Position numbers and translations under genes: made by a program
The notes under the pieces: generated by a model
Seen by the model: the letters and a program-made list of their open reading frames with translations, nothing else
The model's database searches: none
Told to the model about the DNA's origin: nothing
Shown: piece after piece, positions 24,750 to 43,718 of the stretch
Position numbering within the stretch: position 1 is the first letter of the stretch
How the letters are laid out: the number at the start of each line of letters is the position of its first letter
Assembly: GCF_000315625.1 (NCBI RefSeq)
Contig: NW_005434637.1
Coordinates: 184,671 to 248,670, forward strand
Source: Guillardia theta CCMP2712
Taxonomy: Eukaryota > Protista > Cryptophyta
Direction of reading: 5' to 3'
DNA length: 64,000 nt

Positions 24750-25787
24750 GGTTCAAGGAAGGGGTGTGCTAAAAGATTTATATCATAAAACTATATAGTC
24801 TTTTATTTACTTTTTGAATGGCCCATGAGACCCCCGCACGTTACCGTAAAACTTCTTGACCGGTGCAATGATGCAAGAGGGGGGAGTGGGGTAGGGGTTA
24901 GTTGTGTAAGGGTCTGCAATTTGGGTTTATCTCAATCAAAGGGGTTCGGAAATCCACTACCTCATTTTCTCTCCCATTTAAAGGGTACTTGAAGGGGAAT
25001 AAATGGGGTACTTTATGAAAGGTAGGGGTCTGAATGTAGTTGAAGGGGTCCCTACCTCGGATGCGGAGGTACACATTTCCTGGAGCTAAGTCATAGTCAA
25101 GTCCGGATATGAGAAGATCCGTGGCGGGAGGGGTACAGGCTGGGAGTATGTACCCCGAGAGGTAGGGTGGTGTATTTGCCTGTTTTGCTGGTAGGGGATT
25201 GCCTTTCATTCATTCGAAAGAGATTCAATGAATATGAGCATTGATAAGCAGTAGCCCTTCCTAGAATCGAAATCCTTCCACCCTACCCCCTGAATAGGCC
25301 TGATTAAATACCTCCAGTGTCAAATAACCCTACCCGGAATATATCCATGAAAATGTCTAAATACCACCGGTACTCATAAGCTACCTCGATTCCTCCACTT
25401 GGTGTTAAACCCCTTGGCCTTTTGGACATGAGGTCCAAGATAGAAAACTCGCAACGGTTCGATAAAGTATCCGAAGTCAAGATGGAGGGGTCCCTGAAAC
25501 AAGGGAATTGGACGGGTAGAAGGGACCGTGTTCAAATATCTAATAGATCGCATCTTTCGGCAATAAAACTAATATTAGCTGGTTTTTGGTCGGAGGTGGG
25601 GGGTGAAGCACTATGTGGAAAAATATTAGACTTTCAATTGGGAAATCTGCTCTCCTGACCCCACCACTGCTTCACCACCTTGACCGAATATCGGAACCTT
25701 TCGCACCTTAGCGAAGGCCTGCCTCACGTGATACCGGCAAGGCAGGCAAACGTCCCGCTGCTGCACCCGGAGGCCAACAGGCAGATG

Positions 25788-25820
25788 CCTCGTACTGATT
25801 TTTACTTAACTTTGAGTAAA
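25788..25820 (-). repeat. 22-bp box plus partial extension, copy 5
   Basis: Reverse complement reads TTTACTCAAAGTTAAGTAAAAATCAGTACGAGG. Confidence 0.88.
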
Positions 25821-26129
25821 GAGAATGCCGACTGGCAACTGTAAACCCGGCCGGCCCGGAGGGCCAAATCTTGACTTCTCCGGTGAACACTGAGAAACCG
25901 TTACTGTGTGCTCCGATACCGTTACGTGTCGAGTGACCTTTGGCGACAGCAATGCAGGTTGGTGAAAGGAGGGAGCGGAGCTGAAAGTGTGTGGTTGGGG
26001 GGTGATGGTGTGAACAAGGAGACGATTCAGAAAGGGTAGGGACGTTGAAGTTGGTCACAACGAATTGTTAGAATGAAAGAGTGAATGTTAACCTCAGGTT
26101 TGATCGAGTGGCATCCAAGACTGTCCGAC

Positions 26130-27681
26130 ATGCCGCCAGCCCAGGAGAAGCAGGTTAAACTTCTGGTCAGCTTTCTCTTTGCTTCGGTGTTTCTCGCAAT
26201 AGGATCTATTCTTGTTATTACTGGGAAATCCGATTCTTCCTCGTTACTTGAGCTCGATGGCATCCCCCTCGACAAGAATGCCCTCAGCCAACTGCAAGGC
26301 GAAACCTTGGGAGCTTCTGGAAACTCTTTGAGCTTGGTGGAGTCTCATTTGTCTGCAAAGCGGATCAACAAGCTGCTTCAAGCGCATGAAAGTGGACAGA
26401 TTGATGGGATTCCCCTTGACTCGCATGCTATGGCAAAGCTCAATGGGGGAACAAGCTCAAGGCTGACCGAAACTGAATTTCACAGACCTAAGAGGCATAG
26501 TAAGGTTGTCAGCCGTGCGCAAAAATACCTGAACCATGGAAAAGCAGCCCTTGACCAAGGAAGATGGAAGTCTGCAGTGAAGGACTTTTCGCGCGCAAAG
26601 CGGATTTGGCGCTCTGAAGGCAACGACAAGTATCATTGGGCACAGACTTTGCAATCAGATGTGTTGAGAGCGCATCCCAGATCGAACGCCGGCTCGAAGC
26701 ACTCTTCTCCCAGCAAGAGCCCTGCAATGAACAAGGCTGTCCGGGAAATCTCTTCAGGGCACGCTTTTCGAAGTCTCTACGGGCTCATGAGGGAAAGACG
26801 TTCGTCGTCTAAGAGCTCTGAAGGGGTTTCATCTGCACTCAAGGCGGCTGCCCGTGGTGTTGAACAGGCAAAGAGAGGCTACAGTGCTTCCCTTAGCACT
26901 GTCAACTCAGCCAAAACTCAGCAACTTGCACAGGTGTCCCAGAAATCTGAAGACTTCAAGATGAAGAGATTGATGAAAGAAGCTGAGCAGAGGCTAGCAA
27001 AGAAAGAGAAGCAGATTATCCAGGAGGAGTTCAAGAAGATGTACAAGCCACAAGCTACAATGAGGCAAACATCGAACACGATTACGCTGGAGTCTCCTCC
27101 TACAGCATTGGCAGCCAATCAATATCCAGGCAACCAGTACGCAGGGAGTGGGTATGCTATCGGTGGTGATAGTGTTCAGACAGCGGTGGGATCTTCTGTA
27201 CAACCGCAAGCTACATCGCTATATCAGCCCTCTTTTGTGCAGCAAAACTATCCCGTGCAACAACTGTATGATGGAACTAGCGAGCAAGAGCTTCCTCAGG
27301 CAGCGAGCGAGGTCGTTGAGGGGGGACCTGAAGAGGTCGTGGAGTCATCATACCCTCAACAGCAGCTTGCACAAGGTCCGTTCACCCCGACGAGTCTGGC
27401 AGAGAAATCCAGTGGAAACTCACCAGGTGACTCGTAATTGTTCCAATCATGTTGGTAACACTCTTGCCAGTACCTGTAATCAACATCAACCTTCCACAAG
27501 GGGAACGAGTCCCGCCAGGGCGATACATGATGGATGGGTCAATGGTCCAGGTGCGGCAACGATCTACCTCCTTCGTTGGCATTCATTCCTCCGTTGCTCA
27601 CTCCTTCTCCAGGATCTTTCTGGGCATTGGGATTTTGTGGGAAACCTGAAACCGGTGTCTCCATCTGAAAGTGCTGTCTAA
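26130..27681 (+). CDS. membrane-anchored/secreted lineage-specific protein with duplicated DGIPLD motif and a TPR-like helix pair
   Basis: N-terminal hydrophobic helix; ELDGIPLDKNAL / QIDGIPLDSHAM; AQKYLNHGKAALDQGRWKSAVKDFSRA; two short 3' introns, last exon DLSGHWDF...SESAV*. Confidence 0.75.
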
Positions 27682-27899
27682 GAGACCAGGTCATTGTCCG
27701 CGCTACCAAACGAAGTTCGCGTTCTCATCATTGACCTGGCAGTGATCCTCTTCTACCGTCACTAAGTCTTTCTCTTCTCCCATTCTAGTCAAGTTTTCCC
27801 ATCGAACGTGGCAGTGTCCGATCGCACATGATACCGTTCACGTTTATAGTTCCCGGCATCAGTAAACCTCAGGCTCCCTCTTGTCTCAAACTAGGATCT

Positions 27900-28190
27900 G
27901 AACTTACCGTACGGCCCGGCCCGGCCGGGCGGCTGAGTCGTGACTGCCGGGCCGGGGGCCGGGCCCGGCACCATGATTGCCCACAGGCTGCCGCGCAGCA
28001 GTGGCCCCCGGGCCCGGCACTGGCAGGCGGCGGTAGGCCGCCGTGCTGCCGGCCAGTAACGAGTCACGGTGACGGCAAGTGCCACCGTGACCGATGGGGT
28101 CGGCCCGGGCCGGCTCAGCGGAACTTGAGGCGGGAACTTAGGCCCGGCCGGCGGAGCTTCCGCCTCAGTTCACAGTGCGGCCGCTGATCC
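27900..28190. other. GC-rich CCGG/GGCC island
   Basis: Same word composition as the other islands. Confidence 0.75.
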
Positions 28191-28608
28191 GAGCCTAAAA
28201 GAGAAGCTTCTAGAAAAAGTATTGTTGTACCCCCACCCACCGAAAACCAAAATTCGATTGGGTACCCTATCTATTCTCTAGAAACTACCCCATCTGAAGA
28301 TGATATTTTCACCCCACCCACCCTGCCACTTTGCGATATCATGGCGATTAGGGCTGACCCGTTGCAATGGCGGGGGGGCGAAGCAGAGGAGATGCTTCGA
28401 TGATAAGAAGAGGGGAGGAGGGAGGAGGACAAGGCACTGTTAGAAGAGAAGAGAACCTGTAGACGCTGTTTGCTTCTGTTAGCTATTCGCTCCCCACTGA
28501 GGAACGTTGGCCGGATTTTCAGACGCATTTCCTACTGCAAGGTGTCATTGACCACAAAGCACCTGCCACCTTGGTATCATGGAGAAACTTATCTCGCCGC
28601 AGAGAAGA

Positions 28609-30130
28609 ATGATACTGAAAGCTATCTTGGTTCTCACAATCTTTCAGTGCTGCTCGGCATTCCTAAGAACACCCCTCGATGTGATGTCACGCAGATTTCT
28701 GAATCAGCGAACATGCGGGCATCAGGGCAAGCTCGTGATGACAGCTGTAAGAACAGAAGAAAGTGTTGTAGAAGCAACGAGGAGAACTGTTGCCTCGACC
28801 ATCCGTGACGACCTGAAAGATCTAGATCAGCGACTGTATGCTGCGCCTTTCGCCTACGGCTCGAAGGTTCCAACACATGCTGATTGCATCAACCTGTTGG
28901 ATTTGGAGTTAGAGGACGGAGCAGGGCCCCACTCGAGGAGGCTGTGCGATATACTGGTGAGAGATCATTACGCAATCATCAAGCTGCCCAGGAGCAGCTC
29001 CTCGTCCCTCGATCAGATGTGGGAGACGGCGGACAAATTCTTTGGGATGGATCAAAAGGAGAAAGCGCTGGCAGGCGGGAAAATGAGCAAGGCAGCGAAC
29101 AACGTGGGTGTCATTGGATGGGGGCAAATGAGCGATGGAAACGAATTCTTGGAGATGAGGCTAACTGCTAACGGTCAAATCTTTCCGCCCTCACTGGATG
29201 ATTTCATCCCCGACTTCACCAGCTCGACGAGGAGGGCGAGGGAGCTGTTGATGAGAGCTTCCAAGGCTGTCGTGGTTGCCGCAGAGAGGAAAGTGGGTCT
29301 TAGGAGAGGAGGCCTGTCGAACCTGCTGGACGATGGCAGGATGCATGCAGATGGCAGTTTGTCTTCAACTCAGCATCGGTTCTGCTTCTACAAATCCTCT
29401 TCTCAGGTGGCGTTTGAAGCACACACGGACACAACTTTCGTTACGGTGATTCCATGCTCCAAGATCCCAGGGCTAGAAGTCTTGTCTCCAGAGGAGGGAT
29501 GGATTCAGCCCGAGAGCAGTAGCGGTGTGGATCAAACCTGTTCAGTGATCGTAATGCCGGGCGAAATGCTGCAAGTTCTGACCGGAGGACAGTTTCAAGC
29601 TGCCATACATCGGGTGACCCGCAGCAGCAGCAGTGAGGGTGGAAGCTCAGCTCAAGACAGAGTCAGCGCACCGCTCCTGGTGCGCGGGAGAATCTTGGTA
29701 CTACCCTCGTATGCTACCAAGTTCTTTCCTCTCCCCTCCCCTCCCCTCCTCTGCTCTCCTCTCTCCTCCCCTCCTCTGCTCTCCTCTCTCCTCCCCTCCT
29801 CTCCTTTCCGGAAGTCGTCTTCCTTTCACCCTCTTCCATCCGACTTCTCTGTTGGTCCTCGTTTCCTTACGCTGTTTCACAGGAGCAGATCGACAACAAA
29901 TCAATCTTGCTCGAGGCAGATACTCCGGGTACGAGGTGAACTTATTGACTGCATGCTTTCCTTGAGTTGACATGGAGTAGGAGCGAGGAGGTCTACGGAG
30001 GAGGAGGAGAATATCTTCGACGAAAATTGAAGAGCCTGACGGGAACGAGCCTCTTCGACTTGCACAGTGTTCTCGTACAACCTCCACAGTTTGCACCATC
30101 GAACCGACAGGAGGAGCGGGGGAATGCTTG
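28609..30130 (+). CDS. 2-oxoglutarate/Fe(II)-dependent oxygenase (IPNS-like fold), predicted plastid-targeted; 3' exons approximate
   Basis: HxD in EAHTDTTFVT, GLEV, distal H in AAIHRV, RxS in DRVSAP; N-terminal MILKAILVLTIFQCCSA|F (signal peptide plus Phe). Confidence 0.88.
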
Positions 30131-30685
30131 AGAGGCGGATGGTGTAAAGAGTCATACGAGGGATTTTCAGAAGGGAGTTAATGGTGAAAGGTGCGAGAGA
30201 TGTAGGTTCCGAGGAAACAGAGACAACGACACGAAGGAAGTTCTGTAACCACTTGGTGTAGATCGGAGCGGGAAAGAAAGCAAGGAGTGAAGTGAAGTGA
30301 AGTGAAGTGAATGAAACATGTGAAAAGACATGAGCTTTAAGAGATGAAGGTAATGGTCGGAGTGGGATAATGTTGAATGTGCACGAATGCCGCTTCATCA
30401 GGGAAAATGAGATAAGAGCTTTCTACCTTCGCTGATCTTCCCTTTCAGACCATGCGTACCTGCGAATTCACCATCTCCACCTCACCGTTCACCACCTCCT
30501 GTACCTCCTCTTCCACCATCACCAACTCTTGCTCCTCCAACACTTGCTTCCCTCTGCTCTGTGAGTCCAACATCCCTTCATTCTACATTCTCATTCATAT
30601 CGATTCACCTCCTCTCTCATCCTTCTCGACCCGCTCGCACACTCCTTCACCCTCGCCCAGCACGCCTTCAGCTGCCGAGACTCCC

Positions 30686-37080
<6,395 letters not shown>

Positions 37081-37479
37081 GGGAAGTGAGAACGAATACC
37101 AACGTCCATCCCACTGACATAAATGATACCAAAAAAAACAAAAACAAAGATCACAACACATCTGGACACGTGTTCTCGATATGAAAGATTCCAAAGGCTG
37201 CGCTTTGCCAGTGCGTGTTTGGATGCAAATTAAACACCTCTATACCTCTCGTCCCTTATCTTCCTCCTCTCCCCCCTCCTCTCCCCCCTCCTCTCCCCCC
37301 TCCTCCTCTCCCCGATCCCTCATCCTCTGCCTTCCCCACCTTCCTCTCCCCCCCCCTCCTCTCTCGCATCCGCCTTCTCTCCTCCTTCCCCACCTTCGCT
37401 TCATCGTCCATCAAACTTGTCAACCGCCCGGTACCCACATCCCTCCTCGTGACCGTCTTTCTTGTACACTGAAATCAAT

Positions 37480-37670
37480 CCGAGGATCGGATCGGGCAGT
37501 GCGGCCACGGTCAGCCCGACCGTCCCGGTCGGACGGCGCAAGGCCCGAGCCTAGGCCGCCCGCCCGGCACTGACTTGTGTCTGCCAGCAATGCCGCTGGA
37601 CCACCGTGGCACCGGGTGACCACCGTCACGCGTGCCACTGGCCACCTGCGTGAATGACGGCGGCCGGGAA
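37480..37670. other. GC-rich CCGG/GTCAC island
   Basis: Same word composition; lies upstream of the minus-strand gene. Confidence 0.7.
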
Positions 37671-37873
37671 CTTTGATTAAATGTTTACTGTGTACTACTA
37701 CAACCGCGATACTGACTGTCCGTGATAATCCCAGCTTGGAAAATTCGAAAGTTTAACAAGAGATTCAATCTCCACCTCCATTCAGCAGGATCATGTTGAC
37801 AGTTGATGATCATAGAATGATACAACATCTTGACAGAACAATGTCAGGTTGAAAACATTCATCAAGTCAACAA

Positions 37874-39150
37874 CTAAATCACAAACCTTGTTTGCTCGAT
37901 CGGCTTGGTTGGTGTGACTACGGGTTGTTGCAACTTGGCGACAGGAGGTTTAGGCTGGAGATGCATAATAACTTGTTGGTTCATAGGCACTTTCAGCTCT
38001 GCAATCACAGATAAGTGACTGAATTGGGTCGTCTCAGAGCTGTTCACAACCTTCAAATGTCTTGGCGTTTTCTAAGAGTTTGCCATTGTAAATCATTTTC
38101 AGATCGTTGATACTAGAAATCTTGTCCTTCTCTGCAAGAAACAGTTGAGATGAATGCCAACAGACATCAACTGCAGAAATCAGACAATCAGGATATCACC
38201 CGCAGGCCATGCTTCTATCAGCTGTGTCTTGGCTTCAGCTACACTGATGTTGCTGTTAAATGTCTTTTCGATGGTGCTTGCATCCGCAAACAAAAATTTA
38301 ATCTGATACTCCATGCTGCCTGGCTTAAAAGAAGGTACCGCTGACTCCTGATCAACCCCTCCATGTCAACTCAAGAGCACATTCTGCAGCACCAAGGATC
38401 ACCTAGAGATATTGGACGAGCATCGAACAGAAAAGCACTCAGGAATGACGGCGTGCAAAAGTCTTCACACTTTACAAAATGCAAGACTCCCCGCAGCGGC
38501 TGAAAAAGCAGTTAAAAAGGAAACCAAGAAACCCTTCCACATGTTCGCATTCATCTAGACATCTCAGGCTTGTTTGAGGCGAGGGAAATGAGTGCATGCA
38601 TTCAAAAAATTAATATAAAGAAAGGGAGGCTTGCGTAGAGGAACGGTTGTTTGCACGGCATAGGCAACGTGATGGCTCAGTACGATGGCTGATTCATCTT
38701 TGGGCAGACTGCCAATATCAACACTGCATAAAACAACGATTGCGTTCAAGTTCACATACCGTAAATACATTTGAATTTTCAAACAAAGTATAGAAACGCA
38801 ATGAGAAACCGAGTGCCGATGAAGAAAGTGGAGAATCAGAAACAGTGCAACACATAAATTTTCATATCTAGCCAGTAGGATCAAACAGAAAGAATGAGTT
38901 ATTCGATGACACTGTTCAAATTCTTAGGTGAATAAGATAGAAATATAGATGCTTTGAAAGATCAGGGTGTGATTGACCGAGAAGGCTACCAATCGAGATC
39001 AAGATGGTGCGAATGAAAACGAGAAAGCGAACGCTGATATCATCGCAAGTAGTCTACCCAAACAAGCATGCTTTCTGCATAGAAGGAGATACGGCGAAAG
39101 CAACATTATAGAAGACATGGAGACACGCAGGCGGGGCAGGAGCTGCCATG
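37874..39150 (-). CDS. multi-exon hypothetical protein
   Basis: Short minus-strand ORF pieces with GT-AG boundaries ending ...PTKPIEQTRFVI*. Confidence 0.35.
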
Positions 39151-39790
39151 GGAATTGGACATTGAGTAAAGGACATTATAATCGTGCATCAAGGAACAGC
39201 GGAGGGAGCGGGTTGAGGAAGCGGAAGGGCGTGGGGTGGGTACTCCTTACACAAACGCGGGTGGGTTAAAGCTGTTGGGGAAGAGAATATGGGGGTGGGG
39301 GTTGTCCTTTTGTTCGAAGGGAGGGGTATAATAATGACTGGAAGTTCTTGAAAACGTGCTGAGGGTAGTCCTTTGAAGATAAGGATTTCACAGGGGTAGG
39401 GTAGGGTAGAAGTCAAGATGAGGGGAGTATGAATCGAAGGGGTGGGGGTGGTACAAAGGGTACCGCTCACCCCTGCGTCGGAGCGAGGTTGAAATGTTCT
39501 ATATGGTAGGGTAGGTACCTTGCAAAGGGTGGGTTCAAGGTGATTGAACTAGGGGTAGTGACAGACATTTTCAATACCCCGGGTGGCAATCTATGAGTTG
39601 GTGATATCAGGGGGGTGGGGGGTACGAATGGAACTTCCGATGGTGGGTGGATGACCCTACTTGTGGTCGTTACCAGACGTTACATCAATTCACCTCCGGG
39701 CCCCGCCGAACTGGAGATGTGCCGGGTTGAGTATTACTCATTTCAATGCAGCATGGGCGCGCCTCGGTTAGAAGCCCCGACAGAAAAGTG

Positions 39791-39940
39791 ATGCAAGCGC
39801 AGCGCATTACGAGCATGAAGTACGAACGCGAGCCGATTCATCGTCTTGGTGCTTCGATATGCATGTTTGTTGAAGAGTCGCGCTTTGATCCATTGTTTGA
39901 AGTGCAAATGGAAGCATGGTGAAGTGCTTCACAATCGCGG

Positions 39941-40000
<60 letters not shown>

Positions 40001-41943
40001 CATGGAAACTTGGAATGAAAGGGGAGGAAATGAATACAAAGTAAGCGAGCGATGTAAGTGAGCGACACCAGAAGCAGAGAGGGAGAAAGGGAGATTCAGA
40101 AAGTTTGTGCTTGTACTGATGAGCTTGTTTGGTACCGACAGAAATGGAACTTTGCGGATGCAAGGATTATGTGGATCAGATGGACGGAATAATTCCAGTT
40201 GATCGCATTTCGACATTGATATCCATCCAACAGTAATGACTGACTTGAAGCAATCGATCGGAGATATGAAGAAGCTAAGTAGAACAAAGGTGAAACATTC
40301 CTTAGGTCCCTCCCATCTTGACAAGTGTGAGGAAGGTTGTGGAGAATCTTTGCCTCTTGGATCAATACGAGCTTTCGTTGGCATTGATGGAATTGAAGAG
40401 AGCTCTTCAGTGCGACCAAGATAGGTTGGCAGCGTATGAGGTGCCTTGCGCAAATTCACAAGATGGTCGCCTCGAACTGAAGAGTTTGTAGATTTTGGCA
40501 GCAGCAGTGAAAGATGAAGTAGCGAGAAACAAATTATTTCTAAGCCAAATAGACCAAGAAGGGACTCTCCTTGATTTTCTGCAACTTTCATGTAGCTGTC
40601 AAGCATCAGGTACATCTCGCCAGATTGTTGCTTTGAAACGTTTCATGAATTTCAGCAGAAATTCTCTATGGGAGATTTGAACAGGAAGATTCCAAATCAT
40701 TTAGCAAGTTTCAGGAGATATGTAAGGCATTGTATCGGGTGATGAAAAACACATTTGCTTTCTCCGTATCGACCACCTCTGTTCCTGACTCATTCTTTTG
40801 AACAATGCTAGTTGTATGAGATGAATCAAACTATCAAGCATACATTAGAATTGCCCCTTTCTGGTCAATATGCACATGTGCGGATTAAGATCCACGAAGA
40901 TAGGTATGTTGCTCTTAAAGAAGATCTCATGCAAGTAATGGAATGTGCTCAGGTCTTACGGGAGTCAGCCTACATGCAAAGGAGATGGTATGACGACTGT
41001 CGATCTGTCTGACGTTAGAGCTGGACGGTTCACTTGCTGTCATGTCAGGCACTTTAAAGACTGGAGGTGTAGTCTGGGACGCTGCCTACTGTCTTGTGGA
41101 CCTTATCTCGCAGCTAGGTAAGAGTGTGTCTACCGTCCTTGTTGGTGTTTGCTGCTTGCCCGATGTCTGCAGCTGAAGTTACTTTTCCGCTGACATCTCG
41201 ATTAGGGATGGAGAGCTTTCGAGGGAGAAGAGTGCTAGAGTTGGGTGCGGGGTAAGGCAGACGATCAAGACACGAGAGCATCTGTCTCGATGACCTCGCA
41301 CGTAGCTGCGGATTCGTGGGGCTGGCAGCGGCTTCGCTTGGTGCCATTGTCACCTTGACGGATAGATCCGATCATCTCGAAAACTTGTCGTGAGCTGACG
41401 TAGCACGAACGATATCACGGCCATGCTGACAGGTGCCGCAGCAAGAATGCTGATCTCAACACAAGTATGGAGAATGTTGTTGATGTAGCTGCGCTTGACT
41501 GGGACGACCGAGAGGCCGCAAGACGTTTCTCGGAACCTTTCGACTGGGTGAGAGGAGACGAAGTTGATGTTTGGGAATGACATGGGGGAACAAGATCCTG
41601 GCATCTGACGTCGTCTACGAGCAAGACAGTCATTCTTCTCTGAGAGATTTGCTTCACTCGCTCGTTGGACATGAGACGGTGGTTCGCTGCATTACGGGAG
41701 ACTTCAGATCTGACATTTCACCAGATTGTCCTTATATCCTACGAATCGAGAACTGAGAAGCATGACGCGTTCTTTACCTCGCTCGAACGAGATCCTGCGT
41801 TTCATGTAAGGCAGATGAACAAATCTTGTTTTTCAAGACCGAGATGGTATGTAAGCATACGTCAAGCTCTCTTGATGTTTCTTGTCAGGACGGAAGAGAC
41901 CCAGGACTTGAGGATTTATGCCATCGCGCCTGCGAGCCTGTGA
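39791..41943 (+). CDS. METTL21/Methyltransf_16-type protein-lysine methyltransferase with N-terminal extension (start tentative)
   Basis: Exons give TGGVVWDAAYCL, FRGRRVLELGAG(intron)CGFVGLAAASLGA, VAALDWDD and ILASDVVYE, the canonical motifs of this seven-beta-strand family. Confidence 0.88.
39939..40002. repeat. (GGCA)n microsatellite
   Basis: Tandem tetramer; a similar tract lies at ~20323-20388. Confidence 0.95.
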
Positions 41944-42219
41944 GCCGCGAGGCTGAGAGGTTTTGTTGTGACTTGAGATGCAGGACGTGTGCATCCTCGC
42001 ACCAGATGTCGTTGAAGACGCTGCAACACTGGAGAGATGAGCTGCATGGTGGACATGAACGTGCAAGAAAGAATTCAAGCGAGGCAGATGATGATGTAAA
42101 TTTTCAAGAACCAGCTTAGCAGCGAGATCTATTGAAATGTATTTTATGGATTCTTATAATGTCTCGACGACAGAGCAAATTTCATGGATTGTGCCCTATC
42201 AAACATCACAGCAGAAATC

Positions 42220-43198
42220 AGTGAAACGTTCGAACAGAATTCAGCAAGACATTCAAACTAGCAAGAAGAGAGGTAAAGGGAAATTCATCTGCAGCACGCT
42301 CACCGCGAACTCCTCGAATTGCGAGATCGTCAACTCCAAACTGTGACTCGAGACCTGAGACAGAACGTTGAGTGAACCCAGGACAAGCTCGTGCCCTCCC
42401 TCAAGACCTGAAAGTTCTCGTCTGAAACAAGAAAATGAAGCACCACAACTGGTGTATTCAGAGCAGCACAACTGCAGTAGCAACCGGCGTCATCCCACCT
42501 AGAATCGACGCTCACTCAAGACCTGCTGCTCTCCGATGCAAAGCTCAACTTCCAGTCAAACTTGACCAGCTTGCCGAGGGAGAGGAACGACTTGACCTGC
42601 GCAACTCAACACAAGCTCGCACTGGGGTGAGGAATCACCTTGTCCGATGAGACCAGCAGCGCATGTTTCTGTTCGAACACCCTCGTCAAGATCGCGCTTG
42701 CGTCTTGGCTGAAGACACGTGAGGCTCAGTCTCGACAGGGAAGCACAAGACACCTCAGGTCACAACGAGCGACAAGTGCAGTTCGGAAAACTTCCGGCGA
42801 AGCAAGCTTGGCGGCCTTGCGGTTGTTTCGTCATGGCGACAAACCTTTGATGCAGCGCACTTACCGCATCTCTGTAGATGTACAAGAGCGCGTTGATCGC
42901 GTGGTTCGCTCGCTTCACACCTTCTGCTACGTCACTAGGACGCAAACACTAGTTAAGGTTGCCTTCTGGACCCTGCATGACAAGCTCCTGCTGCTCGGGA
43001 TCCGCGACAATCTCCGCGGCTAAGGCGCTTGATGACCTTCGCAAGATGTAAGGGGATCGGATCTACCACACGGCACGTACAAAGATCCTTTCTTCTGTAG
43101 GACGATACTGCAGATCTCATTCGCCTGCCAAGTTGTCAACAGCATCCACCATCAGCCGCTGCGCGCTCAACCAATCTTTCGAGACTTCTCTTCGGCAT
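42220..43198 (-). CDS. COMMD6: COMM-domain protein, COMMD6-like (multi-exon; ends approximate)
   Basis: Exons give SLGKLVKFDWKLSFASESS/CAALNTPVVVLHFLVSDENFQ/SHSLELTISQFEEF, matching the COMM domain pattern (LVDFQWKL...SS..C..L..P.V...FEMTIPQF). Confidence 0.75.
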
Positions 43199-43718
43199 CG
43201 CATCTAGAATCTTAGCGAAGTGTTAATAGATCAGGCGCTGAGAGAAACAAGCTACCTTGGACGCGGATGCAAGTCCCTCAGGGGCATTAGAGAGGAAACC
43301 TTCCATCTTGATCCTACTCCCAGGTAGAACTCGCCTCCTCTCGCGTTACAGGGAGATCCTTCCAGCGGTCTTCTCCTGCTCACGACGTCGCTGCTGTCTG
43401 ATGTTGAACTCTTGTCCTCCTCCTGTTCTCTTCTCACTCCCTCTCTCCCATGTGCTCCTTCCCCCTACTGCCTTGCGCCAGTCAGCACCTGGATTGCCCC
43501 TCATCCCCGCTCAGGTACTGCTCCTCAAAAATCACTCAAAAATGCTCCGAAAGTACCTCGACGATCGGGGAGGAATGGTAGTTGGAGGGAAAGAGAAGGA
43601 GCAGGAGGAGCAGGAGGAGCAGGAGGAGCAGGAGGGGGGGGAGTTGCTGCTGGAGGAAGGGCATTGAAGTCTTCTGTTCTTCCCTGAGTGAACTGAAGCT
43701 GAGTAAGACACAAGAGGA

